A DNA stretch of 64,000 nt from Cetorhinus maximus (lineage: Eukaryota). The stretch lies in assembly GCF_964194155.1 (NCBI RefSeq), contig NC_135897.1:84382001-84446000 (forward strand). The letters run 5' to 3'. Under the pieces are notes generated by a model. That model saw nothing but the letters and a program-made list of their open reading frames with translations. It did no database searches and was not told the origin of the DNA. Below, one piece after another: positions 51,056-63,924 of this stretch (position 1 is its first letter; each line of letters begins with the position of its first letter). A program made the position numbers and the translations under genes.

Positions 51056-51119
51056 TTCTCTCTTTTTTGAGGAGAAAACAATTAGAAATTTGGTTACATT
51101 TTGACATCGGGTTACGTAG

Positions 51120-51425
51120 GACATGTGACACAGAAACAGACCATTCTGCTTACCAGCTCATGTTGGTGTTTATGCTCCACCTGAGTCTTCTCCCATCTTT
51201 TCTCATCTAAACTCGACAGAGTACCTGTCTATTCCCTTCTCCCTCAAATGCTTGTGCAACTTCCCCTTAAATGCAACTACACTCTTCACTTCAATCACTC
51301 CCTGTGGTAGGGAGTTCCACGCTCTTACCACTACTTGGGAAGGAATTCTGCTGAATTCCCTCTTGGATTTTTTGTTGACTCTCTTAAATTGGTGAATACT
51401 TGCACTTTCCCACAAGAGGAAATAT
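51120..51425 (-). mobile_element. CR1 3' fragment immediately upstream of the pseudogene ATG
   Basis: VVRAWNSLPQGVIEVKSVVAFKGKLHKHL. Confidence 0.75.
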
Positions 51426-52154
51426 CCTGTCTCATTTCTATCAGAGAGTAGTATTTTTGTCATACCGTTTAGGATTAATTTGAAACATGACATGAGAAGT
51501 GTAGCTTGTGAGGAAATTGGTGACTGTATACGTGTAGTTCAAAAGCACTCTCCCATTAGGTTTCTATTTCTTGAGTCTTGTCTGTGGGTAATTGTCTGTC
51601 TTCCTTATCTCAGGAACCAGGTCTGTGCCTCATCATGTTATGGTGCCTAGCAACGATTCTTCATGTTTTATTTGGAATGCGTGGGTGTTTCTACATAGGT
51701 GTACTGTCCTTTTAAATTTTTTTGCATAGTGACTGAGTGTTTTGAAAAGGTTGACTTGTGTGTGGGCTGCACTGGGATTTTGGGGGCTGCTACATGGAAT
51801 ATTGGAGCCTGAATTGGTTGGACACTGGACTGTTTTTTCCAACAGCTTTTTGCTCCTCCCCCCCACCACCCCAGCCCCAATTTTTCCTGCCAGTTTCTCC
51901 CTCTCTCCATCCCCTTAGTTCTCGTGGGATGTTCTCTGGTACCTTGTTTACTTCTCAGATGTAGCAACCTTTTCTATGTCTCTTGCTGTCTACCCCTCAC
52001 GTCCCCCACCAATGTCCTGAGGTCAGCTGAAGTATCTGTGACATTGCATCAGCTGAGAACACAGGTTAGATATTGTACCTTGACTAATGTTGCATGTGTG
52101 CGTGAGCTACGCACTGCTTTAATCAGGAAAGCCCAAGATCCTTGTAAATGCAGT

Positions 52155-53493
52155 TAAGAACATAAGAATGTAAGAAATAGGAGCAGGAGTAGGCCATTTG
52201 GCCCCTCAAGCCAGCCCCGCGATTCAATAAGATCATGGGGCTGATCTGCCCCAGGCCTCAGCTTCTCTTTCGTGCCAGCTCCTCTTAGCCCTCGACTCCT
52301 TGATATTTCAAAAATTCTATCTACCTCCTCTTTAAATGCTCTCGGTGATCTAGCCTCCACAACTCACTGGGGTAGAGAATTCCAGACATTCACAACCCTC
52401 TGAGAGAAGAAATTCCTGCGTATCTCAGTTTTAAATGAGTGTCCCCTTATTCTGTAACTATGTCCCCAAGTTCGAGATTCCCCCACTAGTGGAAACATCA
52501 CAACATCTACCCTGTCAAGCCCCCTCAGAATCTTGTAATTTTCAATATTGCCATCCCTTATTCTTCTAAACTCTAATGAATAAAGGCTTAACCTGTTTAG
52601 CCGTTTTTGATAAGTTAACCCCTTCATCCCAAGAATCAGCCTAGTGAATCCCTTTTGAACTGACTCCAGTGCCAGTATATCCTTTCTTAAATATGGGGAC
52701 TAAAGCTGTACACAGTACTCCAGGTCTACAATATCCTGTACAGTTGTAACAAGATTTCCCTATTTTTAAACTTCAACCCCCTAGCAATACAGGCCAAAAT
52801 TCCATTTGCCTTCTTAATTACTTGCTGCACCCGAATGCTAACTTTTTGAGTTTCATGCACAAGAACACCCAGATCCCTCTGTGTAGCACTTTTTTGGAGT
52901 CTCTCTCCATTTAAGTAACAGTCTGCCTTTTGATTCTTCCTACCAAAGTGCATGACCTCACACTTTGCTACATTAAACTCCATCTGCCAAGTTTTTGCCC
53001 ACGCACTCAACCTGTTTATATCCCCTTGCAGATTCCTTATGCCCTCATCACAACATGCCCTCCCACTTATTTTTGTATCATCAGCAAATTTGGATACATT
53101 ACACTCTGCCCCCTCCTCCAAGTCATTAATATTAAGATAGTAAATAATTGAGGCCCTAGGACTGATCCTTGTGGCACTCCACCAGTTAGGTCTTTCCAAC
53201 CTGAAAAAGACCTATTAATCCCAACTCTCTGTCTTCTGTTTGTTAACACAGAATACATTACCATGCTAATACATTACCCCCAATACCGTGAGTTCTTAAC
53301 TTGTGCAATAACCTTTTATGTGGCACCTTATTGAATGCCTTCTGGAAATCCAAATACACTACATCTACCAGTTCCTCTTTATCAACTCTGTTTGTTATAT
53401 CCTCAAAGAGCTCTAGCAAATTTGTCAAACATGATCCTTTCACAAAATCATATTGACTTTGTTTGATTGCATCAAGCTTTTCTAAATGTCCTG
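52155..53493 (-). mobile_element. CR1 LINE RT and 3' end
   Basis: YLDFQKAFNKVPH, GVPQGSVLGP, SKFADDTK; tail aagaacataagaatgtaagaaataggagcaggagtaggcc. Confidence 0.95.
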
Positions 53494-53728
53494 ATGTCCA
53501 AATGGAGTTTAATGTGGGAAAATGTGCAGTTGTTCACTTTGGCAGGAAGAACAAAAAAGCAGAGTATTACTTAAGTGGAGAACAGCTGCAAAATTCTGAG
53601 GTGCAGAGGGATCTAGGTGTTCTAGTACATGAATTGCAAAAAGTAATTTTGCAGGTACAGTAAGTAATTAAGAAGGCTATTGGAATGCTATCCTTTATTA
53701 TGAGAGGGATTGAACAACATAAAAGTAA
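53494..53728 (+). mobile_element. CR1 internal fragment, opposite orientation
   Basis: QMEFNVGKCAVVHFGRKN..QRDLGVLVHE. Confidence 0.85.
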
Positions 53729-54403
53729 GGATAAAAGCAAAATACTGTGGATCTTGGAAATCTGAAACAAAAACAGAAAATGCTGGAAAAACTTAGCAGG
53801 TCTAACAGCGTTTGTGGAGAGAAAGACAGAGTTAACGTTTTGAGTCCGTACGACTCTTCATCAGAGCTAAAGAGAAGTAAAAATGTGATGAAATTTATAC
53901 TGTTTAAGGGGGGTGGAGCAGATGAAGCTGGATAAAAGGCCAGCGATAGGTGGGGACAGAGGAGAGATTGACAAAGATGTCATGAACAAAAGGACAAAGG
54001 GGATGTTAATGGTAGTGGTAAAGGCTAAAGGAGGTGCTGATAGTGGCATTAAGATAAGAAAGCAGAATGTAATAATAGCAGGACAAGGGTAAGCACTCTG
54101 GAAAGAACAACTTGAACAAATGACAGATGGCCCTTGTGGGTGTGGGTTGGGGGAGGAGACAGTGATAAGGAAAAAAAGATCGAAAGTAGGCTAAAAAGTG
54201 GGGATAAAACAATTAATATATGAACAAAAACGAAAATAAATATAAATAAGTGGATAAAAATAAAAAAATGAAAATTAAAAATGAATATAGAAAATAAGGG
54301 GAAAAAAGTGGCGAGGTCTGAAGTTGTTGAACTCAGTGTTAAGTCCGGAAGATGAGGTGCTGTTCCTCCAGCTTGCGTTGGGCTTCACTGGAACATTGCA
54401 GCA
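53729..54403 (-). mobile_element. Penelope-like element 3' part with a degenerate hammerhead
   Basis: LQCSSEAQRKLEEQHLIF end; homologous to 14965-15330. Minus-strand CTGATGA-A-GAGTC-gtacg-GACTC-AAAA-CGTT at 53833-53864. Confidence 0.8.
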
Positions 54404-54496
54404 GATGGCCCACCCCTTGTAGAACCTGCTCGATTTGTGGCTCCATTAAATTCACAACGAGGGCCCAAGTTGATTCAAGAGTGAAATTGTGCAACA

Positions 54497-54830
54497 GGGG
54501 AGACAATGACGCAGTGGCAATGTCACTGGATTGGTCATCCAGAGGCCCAGGCTAATGCTCTGAAGATAAGGGTTCAGATCCCACCACGACACTGGTGGAA
54601 TTTAAATTCAATTAATAATCTGGAACTGAAGAGCTAATCTCAGTAATGGTGACCATTGTCGATTGTCGTAAAAGCCCATCTGATTCACTGTGGAAGGAAA
54701 TCTGCCATCCTTACCCAGTCTGGCCTACATGTGACTCCAGACCCCACAACAATGCGGCTGACTCTTAACTGCCCTCTGAAATGGGGCGGCATGCTCTTCG
54801 ATTCAAGGACAACTAAGGATGGGCAACAGT
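54497..54830 (+). mobile_element. tRNA-derived SINE, same family as 24506-24997
   Basis: ggggagacaatgacgcagtggcaatgtcactgg...gggttcagatccc...tggcctacatgtgactccagac. Confidence 0.8.
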
Positions 54831-55293
54831 TACCCCTGGACGATGGGTTGCAACAATGAGGCGGTTTTGGGGGCAGAAACACCATTTTGATGCCAGGATG
54901 CATGTCATCAAGGGTGCTTGGATGATCAGGAGCATTGTCAAGAGTTAACCAGGCTTTAAATGGAAGATTGTTTGGCTGCAATAATCCCTGACACTTGGCA
55001 CAAAATGATGATTAAACCAATCCTCAAAAATGTTCCCATTGACCCACGCCTTACGATTGGATTTCCATATCACTGGGAGAAATACCTTGGAATACCCCTT
55101 GAAAAGCCCTGGGGTTTTCTGGACGGTACACAAGCAAAGATTTAAGCTTAAAGTCACTTGCAGCATTGGCACCGAGCAAAAGAGTTGAGCCTGTCTTCAG
55201 CAGCTTTGTACCCTGGCATGGATCTCTCCTCTTTGGCAATGTCAGTTCTCAATGGTATTTTTTTTTCCAAAAAAGCCCGGTTTAGTCAACATT

Positions 55294-55981
55294 GGGCAGA
55301 ATTTCCCCGCCGTTTGGCGGGGGGGGGGGGTGTTTAAGAGCGGGCGCGTGGAGGCGTGTCTCCGATTGGCACCCCCGATTGGGGGTGCACTGCCATTTTA
55401 CATGGGCGGGCCAATTAAAGCCCGCCCAGCGTTACGTCCACCCAGAGGCGCCATGTGTTCCTTGTGTGGGTGGGGGGGGGGGGATTCCCTGAGCCGAGAG
55501 TGCAGCTCTTTTGAGCATGAGCATGAAAGAGGGCACTCATCACCCTGAGGCTAAGTGCTGCCTCAGGGAGATTGGCTCTGCAGTGGAAAATTAGAAAAAA
55601 AAATTCCCTGACATTCCTCACTGTCACATGAGTTGGGACATGTCCATCACTTTTAAATACAGTTTAGTTACATTTTTAAAAACCTACATGAAACATCATC
55701 CTGCCCGTGGATGAGGTTTTATGCTTTATCTAATGCCCACCAGGGCTCCTGGCCTACCCGCCAACCTTAAGGTTGGACGGGCGGGTCCATTAATTACTTT
55801 ACCGACTCTGTCAATGGCCTCAATTGGCCATTGACAGGTCGGTGGGTTCACAGCTGATTATGCTGAGCCCCCGCCTTCCTGAAAATTTAAATGGAGCGCG
55901 GTGACATCGGGAGTTCCACCGTCATTTTATGCATCGGCGAGTGGACCCCACCCCCCGCTCGCCGACCAGGAAATCCTGGCC
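55294..55981. mobile_element. Harbinger-type MITE inserted in Tigger
   Basis: TIRs gggcagaatttc / gaaatcctggcc; 3-bp duplication ATT. Removal restores the VFNVD codons. Confidence 0.85.
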
Positions 55982-56482
55982 ATTAAAAACTTGCCGAGCA
56001 CAATCTCCACCCTCTTCAATGATTGCAGCCAATGCCTCAAGGTAAGCATAAGCTGCCTCCTTGTTAGCACTGACGGTTTTACCTGACATCTTGTTATGCA
56101 AATTGGCCCTGGCTTTAAAACGCATCAACCACCCTCTACTTATATTTAAAGGTTCGGCATTAGAACTCTCCCCCTGTTGTTTCTTTCAATAATCATAACG
56201 ACTTCTAGCCTTTTCCTGAATCATGCTTAAACTCACAGGAGCACAGCGATGATTTTGATCCTGCAGCCAAATGATTAGCAGTTCTTCAACCTGAGCAATA
56301 AGCCCAACATGCTGTCTACTTATCACAGTTGATTGCATAGGAGCCTTGCCCTTAACATGTTCCTGCCTTTCAGAATGGTCACAATAGTTGTTCAGGGGAT
56401 ATCCCAAACTCTATTGAGTTCAGTATGTGTCTCATCTTTTTCGGACCTCTTAATTTATTCCATTTTTGTTTTCATAGTAATT

Positions 56483-57379
56483 CACAGAATCATACAGTGC
56501 AGAAGAGGCCCTTTGGCCCATCAAGTCTGCACCGACACGTGAGAAACACCTGACCTACCTACCTAATCCCATTTACCAGCACTTGGCCCATAGCCTTGAA
56601 TGTTATGACGTGCCAAGTGATCATCCAGGTACTTTTAAAGGATGTGAGGCAACCCGCCTCCACCACCCTCCCAGGCAGTGCATTTCAGACTGTCACCACC
56701 CCCTGGGTAAAAAAGTTTTCCTCATATCCCCCCCAAACCTCCTGCCCCTCACCTTGAACTTATGCCCCCTTGTGACCGACTCTTCAACTAGGGAACAGCT
56801 GCTCCCTATCCACCCTGTCCATGCCCCTCATAATCATGTACACCTCGATCAGATCGCCCCTCAGTCTTCTCTGCTCCAACGACAAAACCCAAGACTATCC
56901 AACCTCTCTTCATAACTTAAATATTTCATCCCAGGCAACATCCTGGTGAATCTCCTCTGCACCCCCTCTAGTGCAATCACATCCTTCCTATAATGTGGCG
57001 ACCAGAACTGCACACAGTACTCCAGCTGTGGCCTCACCAAGGTTCTATACAACTCCAACATGACCTCCCTACTTTTGTAATCTATGCCTCGATTGATAAA
57101 GGCAAGTGTCCCATATGCTTTTTTCACCACCCCACTAACATGCCCCTCCGCCTTCAGAGATCTATGGACACACATGTCAAGGTCCCTTTGTTCCTCAGAA
57201 CTTCCTAGTGTCATGCTGTTCATTGAATAATTCCTTGTCAAATTACTCCTTCCAAAGTGTATCACCTCACAAGTTTCAGGGTTAAATTCCAACTGCCACT
57301 TATCTGCCCATTTGACCATCCCGACTATATCTTCCTGTAGCCTATATTCCTGTAGCCAATATAGCGTCTATATCTTCCT
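56483..57379 (-). mobile_element. CR1 3' fragment inserted in Tigger
   Basis: WADKWQLEFNP..VRPQLEYCVQFWSPHYRKD; flanked by the direct repeat GTAATT (56477-56482, 57380-57385). Confidence 0.92.
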
Positions 57380-58309
57380 GTAATTGTTCTATGTTTCTTA
57401 GAAGAAGAAATATCACTTGCACCAGATTTACGTTTTTCTGCCATTATTATGCCAAAGAAACACTAAATTTTAAGAAAATGTTGGAAACGCAAAGGTTCAC
57501 AAAGTCAAGATGGCATTTTAACAGCAACTGAGGGTCTTGAGTCAGGGAGATGGGCGGCGCAGATGGTCGTGCACAGGTATGACCATTTGAACTTGTTCGC
57601 TGGCATGGCGCCATGAAGTCAAAACCGACGTGGGAAAGTCAAAACAAGGTGTCAATTTATAAATGTCGTGAGTGCCGTTCATTGTAACTCGAACGTTGTA
57701 GAGTCGAGGACTGCCTGCACAAAACACTTTCAAACATATACTACATGGAAACTGTAGTATCCGGGCAGAGTAAAGTATATTTTCAATGTGAAGTACCCCC
57801 CACCTCCTATCATGGCTGTACGAATTCAATGCGAAACCTGCTCAGTGGCAAATAAAATTGTTTAGGCGTCACCCTGGGGTCAGTGGTGGCACTCGTCTCT
57901 TTGGGTCAGAGAGCGTTTGAAGGATTTTCTTGTGGCCAAATTGGTTGTCACATTACAACTGAAGAGTAATTCATTGGCTCTTAAATACTTTTGGAATGGT
58001 CCTGAGGCCTTGAAAGGAGCTTTTTATATATGCAAGGTCTTTCAGTACAATCTAGTTGTGGTGGTTCTGACAATTTTGCAACATTTTTGCAATTGTCCTG
58101 TGCTTGTGAAATTGTTTTGGGTTCCTTTTTCCACATTAACTAACTTTCCCTTCTGGAGAATAGTTAACAATCGCTCCCTCCTACGTTGGACAGTGTTTAG
58201 CAATATGATTACTTTGAATGATTAATAATACATTAAATAACAAGACTGTGAGAAGGTAGCGGATTTGCAAGCACTGCATTAATTTCACAAAGTACACCTG
58301 GTTGAGCAA

Positions 58310-59190
58310 AAACAACAACAACTTATTTATATAACAACATAAGCAGCTTATATTTATGTAACACCTTTGACATAATAAAACACCCAAGATGCTTCACAGG
58401 AGCATCATAGAACAAATATTTGACATCAAGCCAGACATGCATTGGAGACTGTTCAAAGGAGGTTTACTAGATTGATACCTGGAATGAGTGGGTTGTTTTA
58501 TGAGGATAGGTTAGACAGACTGGGCTTGTTTCCACTGAGTTTAGAAGAGTGAGGGGTGACTTGATTGAAGTATACAAGATCCTGAATGGCCTTGACAAGG
58601 TGGACGTGGAAAGGATGTTTCCTCTTGTGGGTGAGTCCAGAAATAGTGGGGCACAGATTTAAAGTTAGGGGCTGCCCTTTTAGGACAGAGATGAGGAGAA
58701 TTTTTTTCTCTGAGGGTTGTGTAACTTTGGAACTCTCTTCCTCAGAAGTAGAGGCAGGGTCACTGGGTATTTTTAAGGCAGAGGTAAATAGATTCATGTT
58801 AGGCAAGGGAATCTAAGGTTATTGGGTATTGGTAGATGGGACTGTAGAACTCGAAACACAAACAGATCAGCCATGATCTTATTGAAAGGTGGAGTAGGCT
58901 TGAGGGGCTGAATGGCCTACTTCTGCTTCTACTTCATGTGTTTGTATAAGGAGACATTAAGGAAGATGACCAAAAGCTTGGTCCAAAAGGGAGGATTTAA
59001 GGAGCTTCTTAAAGGACTCATGAAAGGTAGGGAGCCTGAAAAGGTTTAGGGAGGGAATTCTAGAGCTTAGGACCTTGGCAGCTGAAGGCACAGCCCCCAG
59101 TGCTGCAGCGACTGAAATCTGGAATGCTTAAGAGCCTCGAGTTAGAAGGCACCAAGTATCTCAGAGAATTGTGGGACTGGAGGAGATTAG
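58310..59190. mobile_element. L2 3' end (minus) interrupted by a CR1 3' end (about 58450-58947, plus)
   Basis: L2 tail at 58310-58445 resumes at 58948 (ggagacatt..gaccaaaagcttgg). The CR1 has RGDLIEVYKILNGLDKVD. Confidence 0.8.
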
Positions 59191-59984
59191 GAATAAGAAG
59201 GGGTCATTTAGCACAACTGCCTTGCTATTGTACTCTCTTCCCTGTTAATAAAGCCAAGGATTCCATATGTTTTTTTCAGAATTGTCATCTCAATTTGTTC
59301 TGTCATCTTCAAAGTTTTGCGTACAAACACTCCCAGGCGTCTCTGTTCCTGCTCCCCCTTTCAAATGATACCATTTCATTTAGACTGTCTTTCCTCTATC
59401 TCCCTACCAGGATCATATCTCTCTGCTCACAGTCCTCTGTGTTAAATTTCATTTCCCAAGTGACTACCTACTGTGGGTCCACAGTGTTTTAATGGCAGAA
59501 GTATCAGATGCTCACTAAGCTGTCAGGTTATATTCTCCCAATAACCCCAGAATTTGTTAGAAAGCACCATTGTGTTTATAACAGCTCTTCTGGACAACTT
59601 ATAAATTCCACAGAAACACCTTTATGAATAATCATTTATTTTCTCCCCCTTCCCCAAAATAGCCACTTGAGTTTGTGGTCCTTGCAGTTGGAAGTAACTA
59701 GAAGGTGTTCATTTTTTGGGAACAAAAACTAGCTCTGCTCTCTAACCTACACCGTGCGGTAATATTGCTATTGACAGACTCAGCAGCACGCAGTGGTCCA
59801 AAACAAAATGACTGGGATTGGCCAAATGGCTGCCTCCTGTGCTGTAAATGACTCTATGACTTCTTTTTTCACACTTTTTTTTTCTTACGCAGTATTGTGG
59901 CTTTTCAGGTTTTGCTTGCACCTCTCCAAGCTCTTGGCAAGCGCTAATCAAGATAAGTCATCTAAACATTTTTTTTTGGGGTAT

Positions 59985-62690
59985 TTTTTCATTGATTCAC
60001 AGGATGTGGTGTCGCTGGCAAGGGTCAGCATTTATTGCTGTTCCTCATTGCTCTTGAGAAGGTGGTAGGCAGGGAGTTCCAGGATTTTGATCTAGAAAGA
60101 TGATGTATTTTCCAGTCAGGTTGGTATGTAACTTGGAGAGGAGCTTGCAGGTGGTGGTGTCCTGTGTGCCTGCTCCCTTGTCCTTCCAGGTGACAGAGGT
60201 CACGAGTTTGGACAGGGATGTCAAAGAAGCTATGGTGAGTTGTTGCAGAGCATCTTGTTAATGGCGCAAGCTGTGGCCCTGGTACACTGTGGTGGAGGAA
60301 GTGAACATTTAAGGTGGCGTATTGGGTGCTGATTAAGCTGGCTGCTTTGTCCAGGATGATGTTGAGGTTCTTGAGTGTTATTGGAGCCACACTCATCCAG
60401 GTTAGAGCCACACTCATGCAGGAAAGTGGAGAATATTCCACAATGCTCTAACTTGCCCCTTGCAGGTGGTGAACAGGCTTTGGGGAGTCAGGAGGTGAAG
60501 CACTTGGCACAGAATTCCCACCTTCTGACCTGCTCTTGGGGCTACAGTATTTATATGGCTGTTCATGTTCATTTTCTGGTCGGTGGTATCCCTCAGGATG
60601 TTGATAGTGGGCATTCAGTGATGATAATGCCGTAGAATGTTAAAGTGAGGTGGTTAGCTTCTCTCTTCTTGGAGATGGTCATTGCCTGGCACTTAAATGG
60701 CACCAAAGTTACTTGCCACTTATCAGCTCAAGCATGGAAGTTGTTCAGATCTTGCTGCCTCCGGGCATGGACTGTTTTGTTATGTGAGGAGTTGCGAGAG
60801 GAGTAGCAAACATTGTGCAAACATCAGTGAACATCCCCACCTCTGAACCTGTGGTGAAGGGAGGACATTGAGGAAGCAGCTGAAGATGATTGGGCCTAGG
60901 GGACTTCAGGGCAGTTTTCAGGGCTGAGATAATTGGCCTCCAACTACCACTGCCATCTTCCTTTAAGCTGGGCGTGACTTTAACCTGTGTTCTCCATGAT
61001 ACCTAATGACTTCAATTTTACTTAGGCTCTCCTTGATGTCTTGATGCCAGGAACATGCCATGCTCACCTCACCTCTGGAATTCAGCTCCTTTGGCCATGT
61101 TTGGACCATGGCTGCATTGAGGTCTGGAGCTGCGTGGCACTTTTGGAGCTCAAACTGAGCATTGGTGAGCAGGCTTTTGCTGAGTAAGTGACACTTGATA
61201 GCACTGTGGTTGACACCTTCCATCACTTTTCTGAAGATCAAGAGGGTGGTAATTAGCTGGATTGGATATGTCCTGCCTTTTGTGGACAGGACATTCCTGT
61301 ACAATTTTCCACATTATTGAGTAGATGCATTTGTTGTAGTTGTGCTGGAACAGCAAGGCCAGGAGCCTGACTGGTTCTGGAGCACAGGTCTTCAGTCCTA
61401 CAGCTGGAATATAACCTTTGTCATATTCAGTGCCTTCCACTGTTTCTTGATATCACGTGGAGTCAAACAAATTGGCTGAAGACTGGCATCTGTGATGCCG
61501 AGGACCTCGGGAGGAACCCGAGATGGACCATCCACTTGGTGCTTCTGGCTGCTATGTTTGCAAATGCTTCTGCCTTTCTTTTGCATTTGTGTTGCACTCC
61601 ACCATCAGTCAGGATAGTGATGGTCATGGAGTCTCCTCCCTCTGTTTAATTAACCACCGTGACTCACGACTGGATATGGGAGGACGACAGAGCTTTGATC
61701 TGATCGGTTGGTTGTAGGATCGCTTAGTGTTGTCTACTGCATCCCTGTGTTTATAGCTTCATCAAGTTGGCACTTCATTTTTAGGATGCCTTGTTCTGCT
61801 CCTGGCATGCTGCCCTGCATTCCTTGTTGAACCAGGGTTGGCACCCTGACTTGGTGGCAATGGTATGCCAGGCCATAAGGTTACAGATTGTGGTTGAGTA
61901 CAATTCTGCTGGTGCTGATGGCCCACAGCATCTCATGGTTGTCTAGTTTTGAGCTGCTAGACTTGTTCTGAATCTATCCCATTTAACATGGTGATAGTGT
62001 CACACAACGTGATGGAGGATGTCCACGATGTGAAGATAGGACTTCATCTCCACAAGGACTGTGTGGTGGCCAGTCCTACCAGTGCTGAAATGGAAAGGTG
62101 TATCTGAGACAGTTGAGGATGAGGTCAAGCTTTTGCAACCTTGTTGGTCCCTTCACCACCTGCCACAGGCCAGGTCGGGCAGATATGTCCTTCAGGACTT
62201 GGCCAACTCGGTCAGTAGCCATGCTACCAAGCCACTCTTGGCAATGGATAGTGAAGTTCCCCTCACAGCGTACATTCTCTGCCCTTCCCACCCTCAATGC
62301 TTCTTCCAAGTGAAGCTAAATGTGGAGGAGTACAGATTCATCAACTGAGGGAGGGTGATGGTGGTAATCAGCAGGAGGTTTCCTTGTCTGTGTTTGACCT
62401 GTTGCCATGAGAGTTTAATTGGGTCTGGAGTGAATGTTGAGGACTCCCAAGACTCCCCTCCATCACTGTACACCACTGTGCCACCATCTCTGGTGGGACA
62501 TACATACCCAAGGATGGTGATGGAGGAATCTGGAAATTGGCTGTAAGGTATAATTTGGTAGTATAACTTTGTCAGACTGCTGCTTGACTAATCTGTGTGA
62601 CAGTTCTCCCAGTTTTGTGACAAGTCACCAAATATTAGTGTGAAGGACATTGCAGGGTCAACTGGGCAGGGTGTGCCTTTGTCTGGGTAA
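59985..62690 (-). mobile_element. Family B LINE, about 2.7 kb, older and more decayed
   Basis: Homologous to 4425-6309 (MEYSPL, KTCAPE, NPANYHP, VQTWPKELNSRGEV) plus the endonuclease region (GNF..H.QEWLGS..TD, PTR..LDLIL). Confidence 0.9.
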
Positions 62691-62829
62691 ATGCTCTGTC
62701 CATGTTATTTTTGTTATAGATTTCCCCTCGTATTTGATACAACAAAATAATTTGCTAAGAAAGCTAAGAGTCAAGAGCTGCATATCTGAAATTGGCCAGA
62801 CAATAATAAGGATAACATGTTACTTTTCC

Positions 62830-63060
62830 TAAAGGGGGCTGAGGAACCAGATGGGTTTTACAGCAATCTAGTAATTTCATGGTCACCATTACTGAGACTA
62901 ACTTCATTCAATTAAAATTTCGTTGAAGTAATTGAATTTAAATCCTTCAACTGCTGTGGTGGGATTTGAACTCATATCTCTGGGGCCTCTGAGGTCATTA
63001 GTCCAGCACGTAAATTTGAGTTCCTAGTCCAGTGACATAACCACTATGCCAATGTTTCCC
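62830..63060 (-). mobile_element. tRNA-derived SINE 5' part, 24506 family
   Basis: Reverse complement of head and body: ttcatggtcaccattactgagacta...gtgggatttgaactc...tagtccagtgacataaccactatgcc. Confidence 0.7.
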
Positions 63061-63214
63061 TTCAGGCTTTCTGAATCTTGCTGTGCAAGAGATTCTCTGA
63101 ACATCAAACTAAGAATCAAAAGGGCCCATTCCACTCTCATTCTGGTAAATTATTCCGTGTGATTTTGAACCACAACTGTTCACAGTGAGCAGCTGACTAT
63201 ATATAAATAAACTT

Positions 63215-63875
63215 TTTTCTATTTATTCACGAGATGTGGGCTTCGCTGGCTGGGCCAGCGTTTATTGCCCATCCCTAGTTGTCCTTGAGGTGGTGGTGAG
63301 CTACCTTCTTGAACCGTCACAGTCCATGTGGTGTAGGTACACCTACTGTGCTGTTAGGGAGGGAATTATCTGCTGCCCTTGTCCTTCTAGCTGGTAGCAG
63401 TCGTGGGTTTGGAAGGTGCTGTCTAAGGAGCCTTGGTGAGTTTCTGCGTTGCATCTTGTACATGGTACACATTGCTGCTACTGTGTGACAGTGGTGGAGG
63501 GAGAGAATATTTGTGGAAGGGGTGCCAATCAAATGGGCTGCTTTTTCCTGGACAGTGTCAAGTTTCTTGAGTGTTGTGGGAGCTGCACTCATCCAGGCAA
63601 GTTGGGGGGTATTCCATCACACTCCTGACTTGTGCCTTGTAGATGGTGGACAGGGTTTGGGGAGTCAGGAGGTGAGTTACTTGTCACAAGATTCCTAGCC
63701 TCTGACCTGCTCTCGTAACCACAGTATTTATGTGGCTAGTCCCCAGTTCAGTTTCTGGTCAATGGTAACCCCCGAGGATGTTGATAGTGGGGGATTCAGT
63801 GATGGTAATGCCGTTGGAAGTCAGGGGGTGATGGTTAGATTCTCTCTTGGTGGAGATGGTTATTGCCTGGCACCT
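63215..63875 (-). mobile_element. Family B LINE 3' end
   Basis: MSAAPTTLKKLDTVQEKAAHLIG; family B tail. Confidence 0.9.
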
Positions 63876-63924
63876 TGACTGATTGGTTTGCACCATTCCC
63901 ACAACAATATTTAATATGAGCATA

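Larger units (their letters stand above)
54830..57717 (-). mobile_element. Tigger/pogo DNA transposon, decayed, interrupted by a MITE and a CR1
   Basis: Terminus CAGGCAGTCCTCGACTCTACAAC at 57717. ORF start MAEKRKSG (ATG at 57444), CENP-B-type EELLIIWL..IQEKAR, QVFNVD*TGLFWKK, WKSNRKAWV..IFEDWF..HFVP, LDNAPDHP, FLPP. Confidence 0.88.

Noticed and set aside
53494-53728. Twin-priming inversion of the adjacent CR1
   Set aside because: The plus-strand piece repeats a region already present in the minus copy and differs from it, so it is more likely an independent fragment.
54830-57444. Domesticated TIGD/CENP-B-like gene
   Set aside because: It has stops, frameshifts and two insertions, and it retains a terminal repeat, so it is a dead transposon.
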